DNA from: an uncultured Candidatus Saccharibacteria bacterium
GTDB taxonomy: Bacteria; Patescibacteriota; Minisyncoccia; UBA6257; 2-01-FULL-56-20
Length of the DNA: 64,000 bases
Assembly (NCBI GenBank): GCA_964484655.1
Contig: CAZAFA010000001.1
Location: 164,742 to 228,741, forward strand
Direction: 5' to 3'
Position 1 is the stretch's first letter. Each line of letters begins with the position of its first letter. Positions 21,119 to 31,014 of this stretch are shown in pieces. Below the pieces are notes generated by a model, which had not been told where the DNA came from, did no database searches, and saw nothing but the letters and a program-made list of their open reading frames with translations. Made by a program: the position numbers and the translations under genes.

Positions 21119-22428
21119 GACTGCTGCTCGATGGCACGCGCGACCATCGAAAGGAAGCGCGCGAACGGGCTGCGCCGGCGCCATTCGTCGAGGCGGATCT
21201 CCTCCGACCTTTCCAGGTCCTTCAGGAACGTCTCCTGGAGCTGCATCGCGAGCGCCTCATCCTGAATCCCGACGAGGTTCTCCTCGTCGAGCTTCCGCGA
21301 ACGGGAATTCTGGTTCGCCGAGCCTATGACCGACCACTCCCCGTCCACGACGAGCGTCTTCGCGTGCATGAAGGTGGGCTCGTACTCGTACACCTTGACC
21401 CCGGCCTCCATGAGGTCCTCGTAGTAGTTCTGGGCGACCCAGCGGGAGGTCTTGTTATCTATCTCCTTGCCGGGCACGAGGACCCTGACGTCTGCTCCCG
21501 CCTGCGCTCGTCCCTTCAGCGCGTCGAGGAGCGCGTCGCTCGGGGCGAAGTAGGGCGTGGTCAGCCAGACGCGCTCGCGCGCCGCGAGCACCGAGTACGC
21601 CATGAAGACGTCGACGGGGTGCGCGTCCGGCGCGGGACTTGCCGCGAGCATCGCGGAGCGCAGCCCCGACTCCCGCTCACTGCTATCTTGCGGGTAGAGC
21701 TCGTCACCATCGAGGACCTTCCCGGTCACTGCCACCCAGTGGTCGGCGAAATGTCCCTGAAGCTGGCGCGCAAGCGGACCCGTCAGCCTGAACATCGAGT
21801 CTCGCCAATGCCCGGCATCCTGAGCGTCGCCAAGCCAGGAGTCAGCCACGGCGATGCCTCCGATGTAGCCGACGCGGCCGTCGATGACGATTGCGCGGCG
21901 GTGGTTGCGCCGATGGATACGCGTGAGCTTGCCGAACCGCGCGCTACGGAAGGTCGCGACCTCCGCGCCCGCGCGCTCGAGCTCGGCGAAGCGGTCCTCG
22001 GGAGCGCTCTTGCTCCCTAGCGCATCCAGCAAGATTCGGACCTGCACCCCTTCGCGTTGCTTGCGCAGCAGAACGTCGAGGACCTGGTCGCTGGCGGTCC
22101 CGTCCATCCATATGAACACGGACAGGCTGATGCTCTCCTGCGCGCCCTCGAGCGAAGCGAGGAGATCGGGAAAGAATCCGTCTCCGTTTTCGAGTTCCTG
22201 GACCGTACCGCCTTCGACGAGGGCAGCACCGGTAGCGCCGGCGATCGCATGCAGGAAGGCTTCCGTTCCGGCCTCGGGCGTATCATCCGCCATCACGTGC
22301 GGCGGTCCGTCCCCGACTCCCAGGAAGAGCGCGCCGAGCACGCTCGCGAGCGCGACGGCTCCGACGACCATGAGGGCGGTCTGCCACCAGGCAAGACTGC
22401 TCGTGCGCGTGCGTCCGGATCCTGCCAT
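21115..22428 (-). CDS. Cardiolipin synthase-like phospholipase D family protein
   Basis: Two HKD-type motifs (RNHRRAIVID; MHAKTLVVD...GSAN); TPYF; N-terminal TM. Confidence 0.88.
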   Translation of the reverse strand: MAGSGRTRTSSLAWWQTALMVVGAVALASVLGALFLGVGDGPPHVMADDTPEAGTEAFLHAIAGATGAALVEGGTVQELENGDGFFPDLLASLEGAQESISLSVFIWMDGTASDQVLDVLLRKQREGVQVRILLDALGSKSAPEDRFAELERAGAEVATFRSARFGKLTRIHRRNHRRAIVIDGRVGYIGGIAVADSWLGDAQDAGHWRDSMFRLTGPLARQLQGHFADHWVAVTGKVLDGDELYPQDSSERESGLRSAMLAASPAPDAHPVDVFMAYSVLAARERVWLTTPYFAPSDALLDALKGRAQAGADVRVLVPGKEIDNKTSRWVAQNYYEDLMEAGVKVYEYEPTFMHAKTLVVDGEWSVIGSANQNSRSRKLDEENLVGIQDEALAMQLQETFLKDLERSEEIRLDEWRRRSPFARFLSMVARAIEQQS

Positions 22429-24494
22429 CAGAGCGGGCGCCGTCTTCCGCGCTTAATCTGCGGCTTCTCCTTGAGGTGCACGACCGTACCCTCCTCTGTT
22501 GACTTATCCCCGTCGTCGTCCGCAGCGTCGCGCTCCTTCTCCCGTAGCGCGCGGATCTCGTCACGCAGGATCGCCGCGAGCTCGAACTCGAGGTTCTTGC
22601 TCGCATCCTTCATCTCGCGCTCCTTCTGCTTGATGAGCCGCTCGAGGTCGCGCTTGCTCTTGCCGACCGCGGTCAGCTCGATCGCGAGCGCCTTCTCCGC
22701 CTCCTGCGGGAGGATGTCCGAGACCGCGCGCACGACCGTGCGCGGCGTGATGCCGTGCTTCTCGTTGTACGCCAGCTGGATCTCCCGGCGTCGGTTCGTC
22801 TCATCAACGGCGCGCGTCAGGGAGTTCGTCATGACGTCGGCGTACAGGACTACCTCGCCGGCGACGTTGCGCGCCGCGCGACCAATCGTCTGCACGAGCG
22901 CCGTCTCGCTGCGCAGGAAACCCTCCTTGTCGGCATCGAGGATCGCGACGAGCGAGACCTCGGGAAGGTCGAGGCCCTCGCGCAGCAGGTTTACGCCGAC
23001 GAGGACGTCGAAGGCGCCCTTGCGCAGGTCGCTGAGGATCCTGATGCGCTCGAGCGTCTTCACATCCGAGTGGAGGTACGCCACCTTCACGCCGCGCTCC
23101 GAGAGGTACTGAGCGAGATCCTCGGCCATCCGCTTGGTGAGCGTCGTGACTAGCACGCGCTCCCCCTTCTTCACGATCGCCTCGGCGCTCGCGATGAGGT
23201 CGTCGATCTGGCCTGCTATCGGGCGGATCGTGATCACCGGATCTACGAGACCCGTCGGGCGAATCACCTGCTCGACGACCTTCGTGCTGACCTGCCGCTC
23301 GTAGGGGCCCGGGGTGGCAGACGTGAAGATCGCCTGCCCGATGCGCGCGCTGAACTCGTCGAACGTCAGGGGCCGGTTGTCGATCGCGCTCGGCAGGCGG
23401 AACCCGTACTCGACGAGGGTCTCCTTGCGCGAGCGGTCCCCGGCCTGCATGCCCTGGACCTGCGGCACCGTGACGTGGCTCTCGTCGATCACCGTCAGGA
23501 AATCCTTCGGGAAGTAGTCCAGGAGCGTGCTCGGCGGCTCGCCCGGCATGCGTCCGGAGAGCGGCTGCGAGTAGTTCTCGATGCCGTGCGCGTAGCCGAC
23601 CTCGCGCATCATGGCGAGGTCGAAGCGGGTGCGGCGCTCCAGACGCTCCGCCTCGAGGAGCTTCCCTTCCGCCTCGAACTTCTTGAGCTGCTCGGCGAGC
23701 TCGTGCTCGATGGCCTTGATGCCGCGCGCGAGCTTGTCCGGCTCGGTGATGAAGTGGCGCGCCGGCGCTATGAACACCTCCGGAATCGGCTGCGTGATGC
23801 CCGGCCGGAACCCCTCGACCGGGTCGTACTCGTATATGTCGCCGACGACCCCGCCCTCGAGGCTGAAGTTGTATATCATCTCGCGGTCGGTCGGCATGAT
23901 CTCCCAGTTGTCGCCGCGCAGGCGGAACGTGCCGCGCTTGAGGTCGGCATTGGTCCGGTTGAACTGCAGCGCCACGAGCTTCCGCATCAGGTCGCCGCGA
24001 TCGACCGCCATGCCGCTCCGGAAATGGATGATGTTCTTTGCGTACTCCTCCGGCGCGCCGAGGCCGTATATGCACGAGACGGACGCCACCACGATGACGT
24101 CCTTCCGGGTGAGGAGGGCCGCGGTCGCCGCATGGCGCAGCTTGTCGATCTCCTCGTTGATCATAGCCTCCTTCCCGATGTACGTGTCCGAAGTCGGCAC
24201 GTACGCCTCCGGCTGGTAGTAGTCGTAATAGGAGACGAAGTACTCGACCGCGTTCCGCGGGAAGAGCTCGCGAAGCTCCGAAGCGAGCTGGGCCGCGAGC
24301 GTCTTGTTGTGGGCCATCACGAGCGTCGGCCGCTGCGTGCGCGCGATGACGTTAGCGATCGTGAAGGTCTTGCCTGAGCCGGTGACGCCGAGGAGCGTCT
24401 GGTAGCGCTCGCCTGCCTCGAGGCCGTCGACGAGCTCGTCGATAGCCTTGGGCTGATCCCCCGCAGGCGCCTTCTCGGTGATGAGCTCGAACAT
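22428..24494 (-). CDS. uvrB: Excinuclease ABC subunit B
   Basis: PAGDQP, GVTGSGKT, YYDYYQPEAY, DESH, NLLREGLD, C-terminal UVR domain. Confidence 0.97.
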   Translation of the reverse strand: MFELITEKAPAGDQPKAIDELVDGLEAGERYQTLLGVTGSGKTFTIANVIARTQRPTLVMAHNKTLAAQLASELRELFPRNAVEYFVSYYDYYQPEAYVPTSDTYIGKEAMINEEIDKLRHAATAALLTRKDVIVVASVSCIYGLGAPEEYAKNIIHFRSGMAVDRGDLMRKLVALQFNRTNADLKRGTFRLRGDNWEIMPTDREMIYNFSLEGGVVGDIYEYDPVEGFRPGITQPIPEVFIAPARHFITEPDKLARGIKAIEHELAEQLKKFEAEGKLLEAERLERRTRFDLAMMREVGYAHGIENYSQPLSGRMPGEPPSTLLDYFPKDFLTVIDESHVTVPQVQGMQAGDRSRKETLVEYGFRLPSAIDNRPLTFDEFSARIGQAIFTSATPGPYERQVSTKVVEQVIRPTGLVDPVITIRPIAGQIDDLIASAEAIVKKGERVLVTTLTKRMAEDLAQYLSERGVKVAYLHSDVKTLERIRILSDLRKGAFDVLVGVNLLREGLDLPEVSLVAILDADKEGFLRSETALVQTIGRAARNVAGEVVLYADVMTNSLTRAVDETNRRREIQLAYNEKHGITPRTVVRAVSDILPQEAEKALAIELTAVGKSKRDLERLIKQKEREMKDASKNLEFELAAILRDEIRALREKERDAADDDGDKSTEEGTVVHLKEKPQIKRGRRRPL

Positions 24495-24533
24495 CCCGTC
24501 AGTCTACCACCCCGGCGCGCCTTGCTGGAGGCC

Positions 24534-25526
24534 TCAGGAAGCCGCGATCCTCGTCCGCGTCAGCGGGCCGTAGTAGCCGGCTGCCGGGCTGATGCCGACC
24601 GCTGCCTGCCATTCCGCGAGCGCCGCCCGCGTCAGCTGTCCGAAGTATCCGGTCGCTCCGGCGGCCTTGAGCGCAGCGGAAGCCGGGCCCGCGTTCCAGG
24701 AGATGAGGAATTGCTGGAGGGCGGCGACATCCGTCCCCTGCGAGCCCAAGGTGAGGTCGCGCGGCTCGGCGTTCGCGCCTGATCCGCGCGGCGCGAGCGC
24801 TATCGCGATCTCCTTCGGCAGCGTCTCGCCAGCGGCCACCGCCTGCCTGAAGAAGGCGGGGTACATGCCGGCGGCCACGCGCGCCTCGGCTGCCGGATCG
24901 TCAGCATCCTCGATGATGCGCGCGATCGCGTCGACGCGCACCTCGAGCGGGAGCGTCGCAGTCAGACGCGGATACGGGTTCTGCGCGCCGCCGGCGTATA
25001 TGCCGAAGTGGAGGTGCGCCGGTCCGCCGCTCGCGTTGCCTGTGTTGCCGACGTAGCCGATGAGGTCGCCCTCGTCGAGGATGTCGCCGGCCTCGAGGCC
25101 GTCCGCGTACCGGTCCAGATGCGCGAAGTAGAAGCGCTCGCCGCCCGGATTGATCGTGTAGACGTAGTTGCCGCCGTTCTCGCCGTAGCCGATCTGCGCG
25201 ACGACGGAGCGCGTCGGCGCGATGACGTACGTGCCCTTTGTCGCGAGGATGTCGACGCCCTCGTGCGAGCGGCCGTTGGAGCGCGCGTCTCCCCAGCTGT
25301 CGCCGAATCCACCCGGATTCACGCCGAAGACCGGGATAGGGATGACCGCGAGCGCCTCCTCGCGCTGCAGCTTGCTGACCTCGCGTCGCGCCGCGGAGGG
25401 AAGCCGGGAGCCGTACCAGGCCTGCCGCGCTTCAGGGAAGCGGAGCGTCGCCGCGGATGCGGCAGGGATGAGGGTCAAGGAAAGGACGGCGGCGGCGAGA
25501 GCGGCACCCGTTAAAGATCTATTCAT
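24534..25526 (-). CDS. M23 family peptidoglycan peptidase with C-terminal PG-binding domain
   Basis: Signal peptide; HEGVD (HxxxD), AHL, HLH motifs; L..GS.G.DV..LQ..L and GYFG.LT PG-binding motif. Confidence 0.88.
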   Translation of the reverse strand: MNRSLTGAALAAAVLSLTLIPAASAATLRFPEARQAWYGSRLPSAARREVSKLQREEALAVIPIPVFGVNPGGFGDSWGDARSNGRSHEGVDILATKGTYVIAPTRSVVAQIGYGENGGNYVYTINPGGERFYFAHLDRYADGLEAGDILDEGDLIGYVGNTGNASGGPAHLHFGIYAGGAQNPYPRLTATLPLEVRVDAIARIIEDADDPAAEARVAAGMYPAFFRQAVAAGETLPKEIAIALAPRGSGANAEPRDLTLGSQGTDVAALQQFLISWNAGPASAALKAAGATGYFGQLTRAALAEWQAAVGISPAAGYYGPLTRTRIAAS

Positions 25527-25565
25527 GCGCCTATGTAACGTCTACCGCGACTCTCGCTTACAGGA

Positions 25566-26585
25566 TCAGAACAGGCGGAACACGTCGCGCGCAGTCAAGA
25601 GCAGCATCAGGCCGATCAGGAGAATGAACGTGATCGCGTTCAGGCGGACCTCGATCCACTTCGGCAGCTTCCTGCCGGTGGCCATCTCAACGAGCGACAG
25701 GTACAGTCGGCCGCCGTCGAGAGCCGGAATCGGCAGCAGGTTCAGGACCGCGAGGTTTATCGAGATGATCGCGAGCATCTGCACGAGGTAGATGGGGCCG
25801 ATCTGGCCGACCTGGCCGGCGGTCGTCACGATGCCGACCGGACCCACCACGTCGCTCGGAACCGATCCCCCGACCAGTCGCTTGATGAGGTCGGCGAAGC
25901 TCATGACCGTGGCCCGCGTCAACTCCCAGGTCGCCTTCGCTCCCTCGAGCGGCGCCCTCCAGAGCGGCACGCGGTCGATGCCGCCCTCCACCAGGCTCAC
26001 GCCCAGGGAGCCTGGATGCTCAGGCGACGGCTCGCGCGGAGTCGCCTGGACGGTCAGGCGCTCGTCGTCGCGCTGGACCTCGAAGGAGAAGGGCTGACCA
26101 ACGCTCCCGCGCGCGGCCTCGGCGAACGCGCTGGCGCTCGGATAGCCGATGATGACCTCCTCGCCCCGCAGGCCAGCTGCTGCGGCAGGAGACTCCTTGT
26201 CGACGGCCGTTACGATCAGGACGCGCGGCGTGCCGACCGCGAGCACCGCTGAGAGCAGGATCCAGGCGAGCACGGCATTGACCGCGACGCCCGCCGCAAC
26301 GACGACCGCGCGCTTCCAGGGCGCCTGCGCGGACAGGAGCCGGTGCCGCGGCACCGCGCCGTCGCCGTCGTCGTCCTCGCCGGCGATGCGCACGAAGCCC
26401 CCGATCGGGAGCCAGTTGACCGAGTACTCGGTCTCGCCGCGCTTCACGCCCCAGAGCTTCGGCGGGAACCCGATACCGAACTCGGGCACGAAGAGCTTGA
26501 ACGCCTTCGCCGCGAGGAAATGGCCCAGCTCGTGAGCAATGATGAGGACGACCAGCCCGACGGCGATTAGGAGGCCCGACATCAC
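25566..26585 (-). CDS. rseP: Site-2 protease RseP (M50, PDZ)
   Basis: HELGH, NLLPIPALDGG. Confidence 0.92.
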   Translation of the reverse strand: MMSGLLIAVGLVVLIIAHELGHFLAAKAFKLFVPEFGIGFPPKLWGVKRGETEYSVNWLPIGGFVRIAGEDDDGDGAVPRHRLLSAQAPWKRAVVVAAGVAVNAVLAWILLSAVLAVGTPRVLIVTAVDKESPAAAAGLRGEEVIIGYPSASAFAEAARGSVGQPFSFEVQRDDERLTVQATPREPSPEHPGSLGVSLVEGGIDRVPLWRAPLEGAKATWELTRATVMSFADLIKRLVGGSVPSDVVGPVGIVTTAGQVGQIGPIYLVQMLAIISINLAVLNLLPIPALDGGRLYLSLVEMATGRKLPKWIEVRLNAITFILLIGLMLLLTARDVFRLF

Positions 26586-27139
26586 TCGGCGATGCTCGTC
26601 AGCTTTCGCTCAGTGAGCTCGTCGACGCGCTTGTTCGCCGCGTCCACCTTCTTCTGGAGCGCGTCCCTGATCGAGAACTCGTCGTCCTCGGTGATCTCCT
26701 TCGCCTCCTTCGCGCCCTTCACCTTCTTCATGACCTCGTCCCGGTGGTTCCGGATGGAGATGCGCGCCGCCTCGGCGGTCTTCTTGACTGTCTTGGCAAG
26801 CTCCTCGCGGCGCTCGCTCGTGAGCTCGGCCATGGTCGCGCGGACCGTGTTGCCGTCGTTAGTCACTGACAGCCCCACCTGGGCTTCCTGGATGGCCTTC
26901 ACGACCGGCCCGACCGCGTTCTGGTCCCAGAGCGACACGAGGACCGTGCGCGGCGGCTCGATGGAGAGCGAGCCGAGCTGGCGGATCGTCATCGGCTGGT
27001 CGTAGAGCATGACCGGCATCCGCTCGACGAGCTCGACGGACGGGCGGTTGCTGCGGAGGCTCGCGAGCTCCTCCTCGAGGTGCGCGACGGTGCCGTCCAG
27101 CATCTTCTGGAGCTCGTCGTCGAAATGGGTGGTCATCAT
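26582..27139 (-). CDS. frr: Ribosome recycling factor
   Basis: LRSNRP, LTSERREEL, ARISIRNHR motifs. Confidence 0.92.
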   Translation of the reverse strand: MMTTHFDDELQKMLDGTVAHLEEELASLRSNRPSVELVERMPVMLYDQPMTIRQLGSLSIEPPRTVLVSLWDQNAVGPVVKAIQEAQVGLSVTNDGNTVRATMAELTSERREELAKTVKKTAEAARISIRNHRDEVMKKVKGAKEAKEITEDDEFSIRDALQKKVDAANKRVDELTERKLTSIAE

Positions 27140-27936
27140 GCGGGTAGGTCTGCGAACAGTGCCGCTATCTGCAGGCGGAGGCTCAGCGGCGATGCCTGCG
27201 CCGCGGCGGTGAGTCGCTGCACCCGGTGCCAGAGCTCGTGGGTACGCGGCGTGCGCTCAGTATACGCGAGCTCCAGCGAGAGCGCACGCAGGACGGGGAC
27301 GAGCCCCAGCTCGGCAGCGGAAGCGTCCTTAGCGATCGCGGCGACGCGCGCGGGGGGAGCCTCCAGGAGCGCGCGGGCAACCTCGCGTTCCGGGGTCGAC
27401 TCCGCAAGCTGCGCGGCGATACCGAGCGAACCGCGGCTGCGGCCCGCTGCGGACCCGTCTGCGCCCTGCTCGGCGAGCCAGGCGGCAACCTCGTCCTCGG
27501 AGAGCGGCGGGAGCGCGTGACGCTGGAGACGGGATCTGAGTGTCGGAAGCAGGCGGCTCTCGTCCCCTGCCGCGAGGATCAGGACCGCCTGCGTGGGCGG
27601 CTCCTCGGCGACCTTCAGGAGCGCGTTCTGCGCCTCAGGGGTCAGAAGCTCGGCGCGCAGCACCAGCGCGGTGCGGTACGGGGCAGCGGCGGGATGCGTG
27701 GCGAGATGCTCGCGGACGGCGCGCGCCTGCGCGATGCCGATGCTCGCCCCCTCCGGCTCGACGATCAGGGCATCAGCGAGCCGCTCGGTGCCTTCCAGCG
27801 CCGCGAGGAGCGCACGCGCGGTAGCCCCGAGCGAGAGATGGTCGGACGAGGTCAGGAGGTACGCGTGCGCGAGCGCGCCCGCGTCCCGCTGGTCCGTGAT
27901 GCGCGAGACGATGGCGGCGCGGACGGCGTGGCTCAT
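27136..27936 (-). CDS. holB: DNA polymerase III delta-prime-like subunit
   Basis: HAYLL, SIGI..AR, EAQNALLKVAEEPP, LLPTLRSR; start at MSHAV. Confidence 0.8.
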   Translation of the reverse strand: MSHAVRAAIVSRITDQRDAGALAHAYLLTSSDHLSLGATARALLAALEGTERLADALIVEPEGASIGIAQARAVREHLATHPAAAPYRTALVLRAELLTPEAQNALLKVAEEPPTQAVLILAAGDESRLLPTLRSRLQRHALPPLSEDEVAAWLAEQGADGSAAGRSRGSLGIAAQLAESTPEREVARALLEAPPARVAAIAKDASAAELGLVPVLRALSLELAYTERTPRTHELWHRVQRLTAAAQASPLSLRLQIAALFADLPA

Positions 27937-27941
27937 GGGTC

Positions 27942-28958
27942 TCAGCCGCGCTTGTTCAGCAGCGTGCGCTTGTAGACGTCGATGTGGCTGAGTATGAGAC
28001 CCGTGCCCTTCGCCACGCAGTAGAGCGGATCCTCGGCCAGGTAGACCGGGACGCCGAGATAGCGCTCGAAGAACTGCGGCAGGTAGTTCAGCTGGCTCGT
28101 GCCGCCGGAGATGATGATACCCTTCTCCATGATGTCGGCCACGAGCTCGGGCGGGGTCGCGTTGAAGACCTCCTGCACGGCCTGGTAGACCTCCATGAGC
28201 AGCGGGTTGAGCGCGTCCGCTACCTCGTTGCTGGTCACGATGATGTCCTTCGGGAGGCCGCTGGCCATGTCGCGTCCGCGCACCTGATACTCGCGCTTCT
28301 CCTTGGTGATGAGCGCCGAGCCGATCTTCATCTTGATCATCTCCGCGGTCTGATCGCCGATGGCGAGCCCGTACTTCTTCTTGATGTAATCGGCGATTGC
28401 CGCGTCGAACTTGTTGCCCGCGACGCGCAGAGACGCCCACGACACGATGTTGCCGAGTGCGATGACCGCCACCTCGGAGGTGCCGCCGCCCATGTTGATG
28501 ATCATGTGGCCCGACCGCGCGTTGATCGGGATGCCGGCGCCGAGCGCGGCGAGGATCGGCTCGCGGACGATGAAGGCCTGGCGCGCGCCCGCCTCCTTCG
28601 CGGCGTTGATGACCGCGCGGCGCTCGGTCTGCGTGATGCCCGCCGGGACGGAGATGACGACCTCAGGGCCGACGATGTCCCACCAGTTCGTCGCCTTGGC
28701 GATGAAGTACGTGAGCATCGCCTTGGTGATGTAGTAGTCGGCGACGACGCCGTCCTTGAGCGGGCGGTACGCGACGATGTCGTCCGGGGTGCGGCCGACC
28801 ATCTCCTTGGCCTCCTGACCGACCGCGAGGACGGTGTTGTCCGGACGCGAGAGAGCCACGATCGTGGGTTCGTTGATGATGAAGCCCCGTCCCGGAACGA
28901 AAACGACCGTGTTGGCCGTTCCGAGGTCGATGCCGATCTTGCGAGTGAATACGCCCAT
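27942..28958 (-). CDS. mreB: Rod shape-determining protein MreB
   Basis: IGIDLGTANT, RPLKDGV, GGGTSEVAVI, AEDPLYCVAKG. Confidence 0.95.
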   Translation of the reverse strand: MGVFTRKIGIDLGTANTVVFVPGRGFIINEPTIVALSRPDNTVLAVGQEAKEMVGRTPDDIVAYRPLKDGVVADYYITKAMLTYFIAKATNWWDIVGPEVVISVPAGITQTERRAVINAAKEAGARQAFIVREPILAALGAGIPINARSGHMIINMGGGTSEVAVIALGNIVSWASLRVAGNKFDAAIADYIKKKYGLAIGDQTAEMIKMKIGSALITKEKREYQVRGRDMASGLPKDIIVTSNEVADALNPLLMEVYQAVQEVFNATPPELVADIMEKGIIISGGTSQLNYLPQFFERYLGVPVYLAEDPLYCVAKGTGLILSHIDVYKRTLLNKRG

Positions 28959-28993
28959 GTGTCGTGCGGATTCTAGGGGTATGCCTCCCTACG

Positions 28994-29027
28994 AGCAACC
29001 GCCCTGTCATTTGACAGGGCGGTTGCT
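28994..29027 (-). terminator. Long hairpin terminator downstream of the S9 peptidase
   Basis: AGCAACCGCCCTGTCA / TGACAGGGCGGTTGCT 16-nt perfect inverted repeat. Confidence 0.7.
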
Positions 29028-29040
29028 TCGTTGTTTCGCG

Positions 29041-30930
29041 TCAGAGCTGGCAACGTCCGTTCGCGTTGCCGCCGACGAGCCCGATCGCCTTCTTGCAGAG
29101 GTCCGCGATGTTCGCCGGCTTCGTGAAGACGTGATCCTCTCCTGCGTAGATCGTGGCCTGCACGTTCTTCTTCGCGACCTTGAGCACCTGCTCCCAGGTC
29201 GTGGTCTGCGACATGCTCACGGAGGTGTCGCGGTCGCCGTGCGCGAGGAGGATCTTCTGGCTCCCGATCTTGTCCGCCTTGAGGAGCACCTCGGCCTTGG
29301 CGAAGAGCGGATCCTGAAGGCCAGCGACGGCGTTCTTGAACTGCGCGCTGAAGATCGTGTTCGGGTTCGCCGCGACGAGCTCCTCCCAGCCGGAGACGCC
29401 CGAGATCGCGTAGATGCCCGCGACCGAGGACGGCATCTCGACGAGCGCCTTGTTCGCGAGGTAGCCGCCGTAACTGTTGCCGACCAGGTAGATCGGCGCG
29501 GACGAGCCGTACTTGCTGCGCAGCGCCGAGATCAGGCCGCGCACCGCGGCGACATCCTTCGCGCCCACGTTGCCGGTGAGCGACTCGGCGTAGGCGCGGC
29601 CGTAGCCGTAGCTGCCCGGGTAATCGAGCTTCGCGACGATCGCGCCGGAGAGGCGGACCTGCTCGAGCATCCAGTCGAAGGAGCCGTAGCTGCTGAACGG
29701 ATGGTAGCCAGCCGTGCTGATCTGCCGGTACGGGCCGCCGTGGAGCCAGATGACGATTGGCGTCGTCTTCTTCACCGAGGAAGGCGTCCAGAGCGCGTAC
29801 CGGCTGCCGTCGGCTAGCGTCGCCTGCGTTGCAGGCGCCGTGACCGCGGTTCCCGCCGGCACGGTGGTCTGCGCCAGCTGGTCCGCGCCGGTTACCGACC
29901 CGGAATTCACGTTATAGAGCGTCGCCGTGACGCCGTTCGGGCCGGTACGGGCGAAGCTGACGTAATTGGCGAAGCGCTTCAGCGGGACGCCGTAGCTCGC
30001 GCTGTCGGCGATGAGCGACATCGTCTGCTTGGCAGGGTCGAAGCTCCAGAGACCCCAGCTGGTCGCGTTCGCGCGGTTGGCGACGACCGCGACGCGGTTC
30101 GCGTCGATGTACGCCATGTCGGCGACCTGGTACGGGCGCAGGATGAGACGCTCGGGCGTCAGGGTCGCCGGAAGGCCCTTCCCGAGAGCGATCCGGTACA
30201 GGGACTGGTAGCCGTCCCGGTCGGAGCGGAACAGGAGCGCGCTGTCGTCCGGCGCGAACGAGAAGACGCGGTTGTCCTCGCTGACGAGGTCCCAGTAAGC
30301 AACCGTGTCGCAGGTCTGCGCGGTCGTGCCGGTTGTGGTATCCGCGACGAAGTAGCAGCGCTGGCCGGTGCCGTTGAGGGTCGCCGGCTTGTACCAGGCC
30401 AGGTACCTTCCCGTGCTCGAGAGCGTCAGCGCCGACCCGGTCGGACCGATCGTGCTGCGCCCTACCGGCGTGCTGCTCGCGGTGTCGTAGAGGATCACGC
30501 TGCCGTCCGCCGAGAACGTGAGGAAGCGCGTGCCATTGTTCGCGACCATGACCCTGCTGACGAGCGCCGGGACGGCCCACTCGCGGACCTTCTGCCAGCT
30601 TCCCCTCAGGAACGCGTGCGAGACGAGCGTCGCGCCGCCGCGCGCGTCAGGCGTCGCGACGACCTGGAGGTTGCCCGCCTCGTTACGGATGCCGCCGATG
30701 GCGCCGCCGTTATCGCCCGCAGTGGCGGACGGGTTCCCGCAGGATACCGGCGCCGGGAGCGTGCACGTGACGTACTCGGTCTTCTCCAGGTTGCGGAACG
30801 AGACCGTGAATGACGAGGCGCTCGCGTCCGGGATGCTGCTGTAGCGCGGCAGTCCCGCCGCCGATGCCGCGTTCAGCGGCACGAGCGGAGCGGCGACGGC
30901 GATGAGTGCGAGAAGGGCTAGTTTGCGCAT
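29041..30930 (-). CDS. Secreted S9 (prolyl oligopeptidase-like) serine peptidase with beta-propeller
   Basis: Signal peptide; WLHGGP, GNSYGG (nucleophile), HGDRD, EDH. Confidence 0.85.
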   Translation of the reverse strand: MRKLALLALIAVAAPLVPLNAASAAGLPRYSSIPDASASSFTVSFRNLEKTEYVTCTLPAPVSCGNPSATAGDNGGAIGGIRNEAGNLQVVATPDARGGATLVSHAFLRGSWQKVREWAVPALVSRVMVANNGTRFLTFSADGSVILYDTASSTPVGRSTIGPTGSALTLSSTGRYLAWYKPATLNGTGQRCYFVADTTTGTTAQTCDTVAYWDLVSEDNRVFSFAPDDSALLFRSDRDGYQSLYRIALGKGLPATLTPERLILRPYQVADMAYIDANRVAVVANRANATSWGLWSFDPAKQTMSLIADSASYGVPLKRFANYVSFARTGPNGVTATLYNVNSGSVTGADQLAQTTVPAGTAVTAPATQATLADGSRYALWTPSSVKKTTPIVIWLHGGPYRQISTAGYHPFSSYGSFDWMLEQVRLSGAIVAKLDYPGSYGYGRAYAESLTGNVGAKDVAAVRGLISALRSKYGSSAPIYLVGNSYGGYLANKALVEMPSSVAGIYAISGVSGWEELVAANPNTIFSAQFKNAVAGLQDPLFAKAEVLLKADKIGSQKILLAHGDRDTSVSMSQTTTWEQVLKVAKKNVQATIYAGEDHVFTKPANIADLCKKAIGLVGGNANGRCQL

Positions 30931-31014
30931 GCTTGGGATACGGGTGTGTTTGCGGTGCGGCGAAGCCGCGTCTATGACGACTCTAACACATATGACGCTG
31001 AGGTGAACCGGCGC

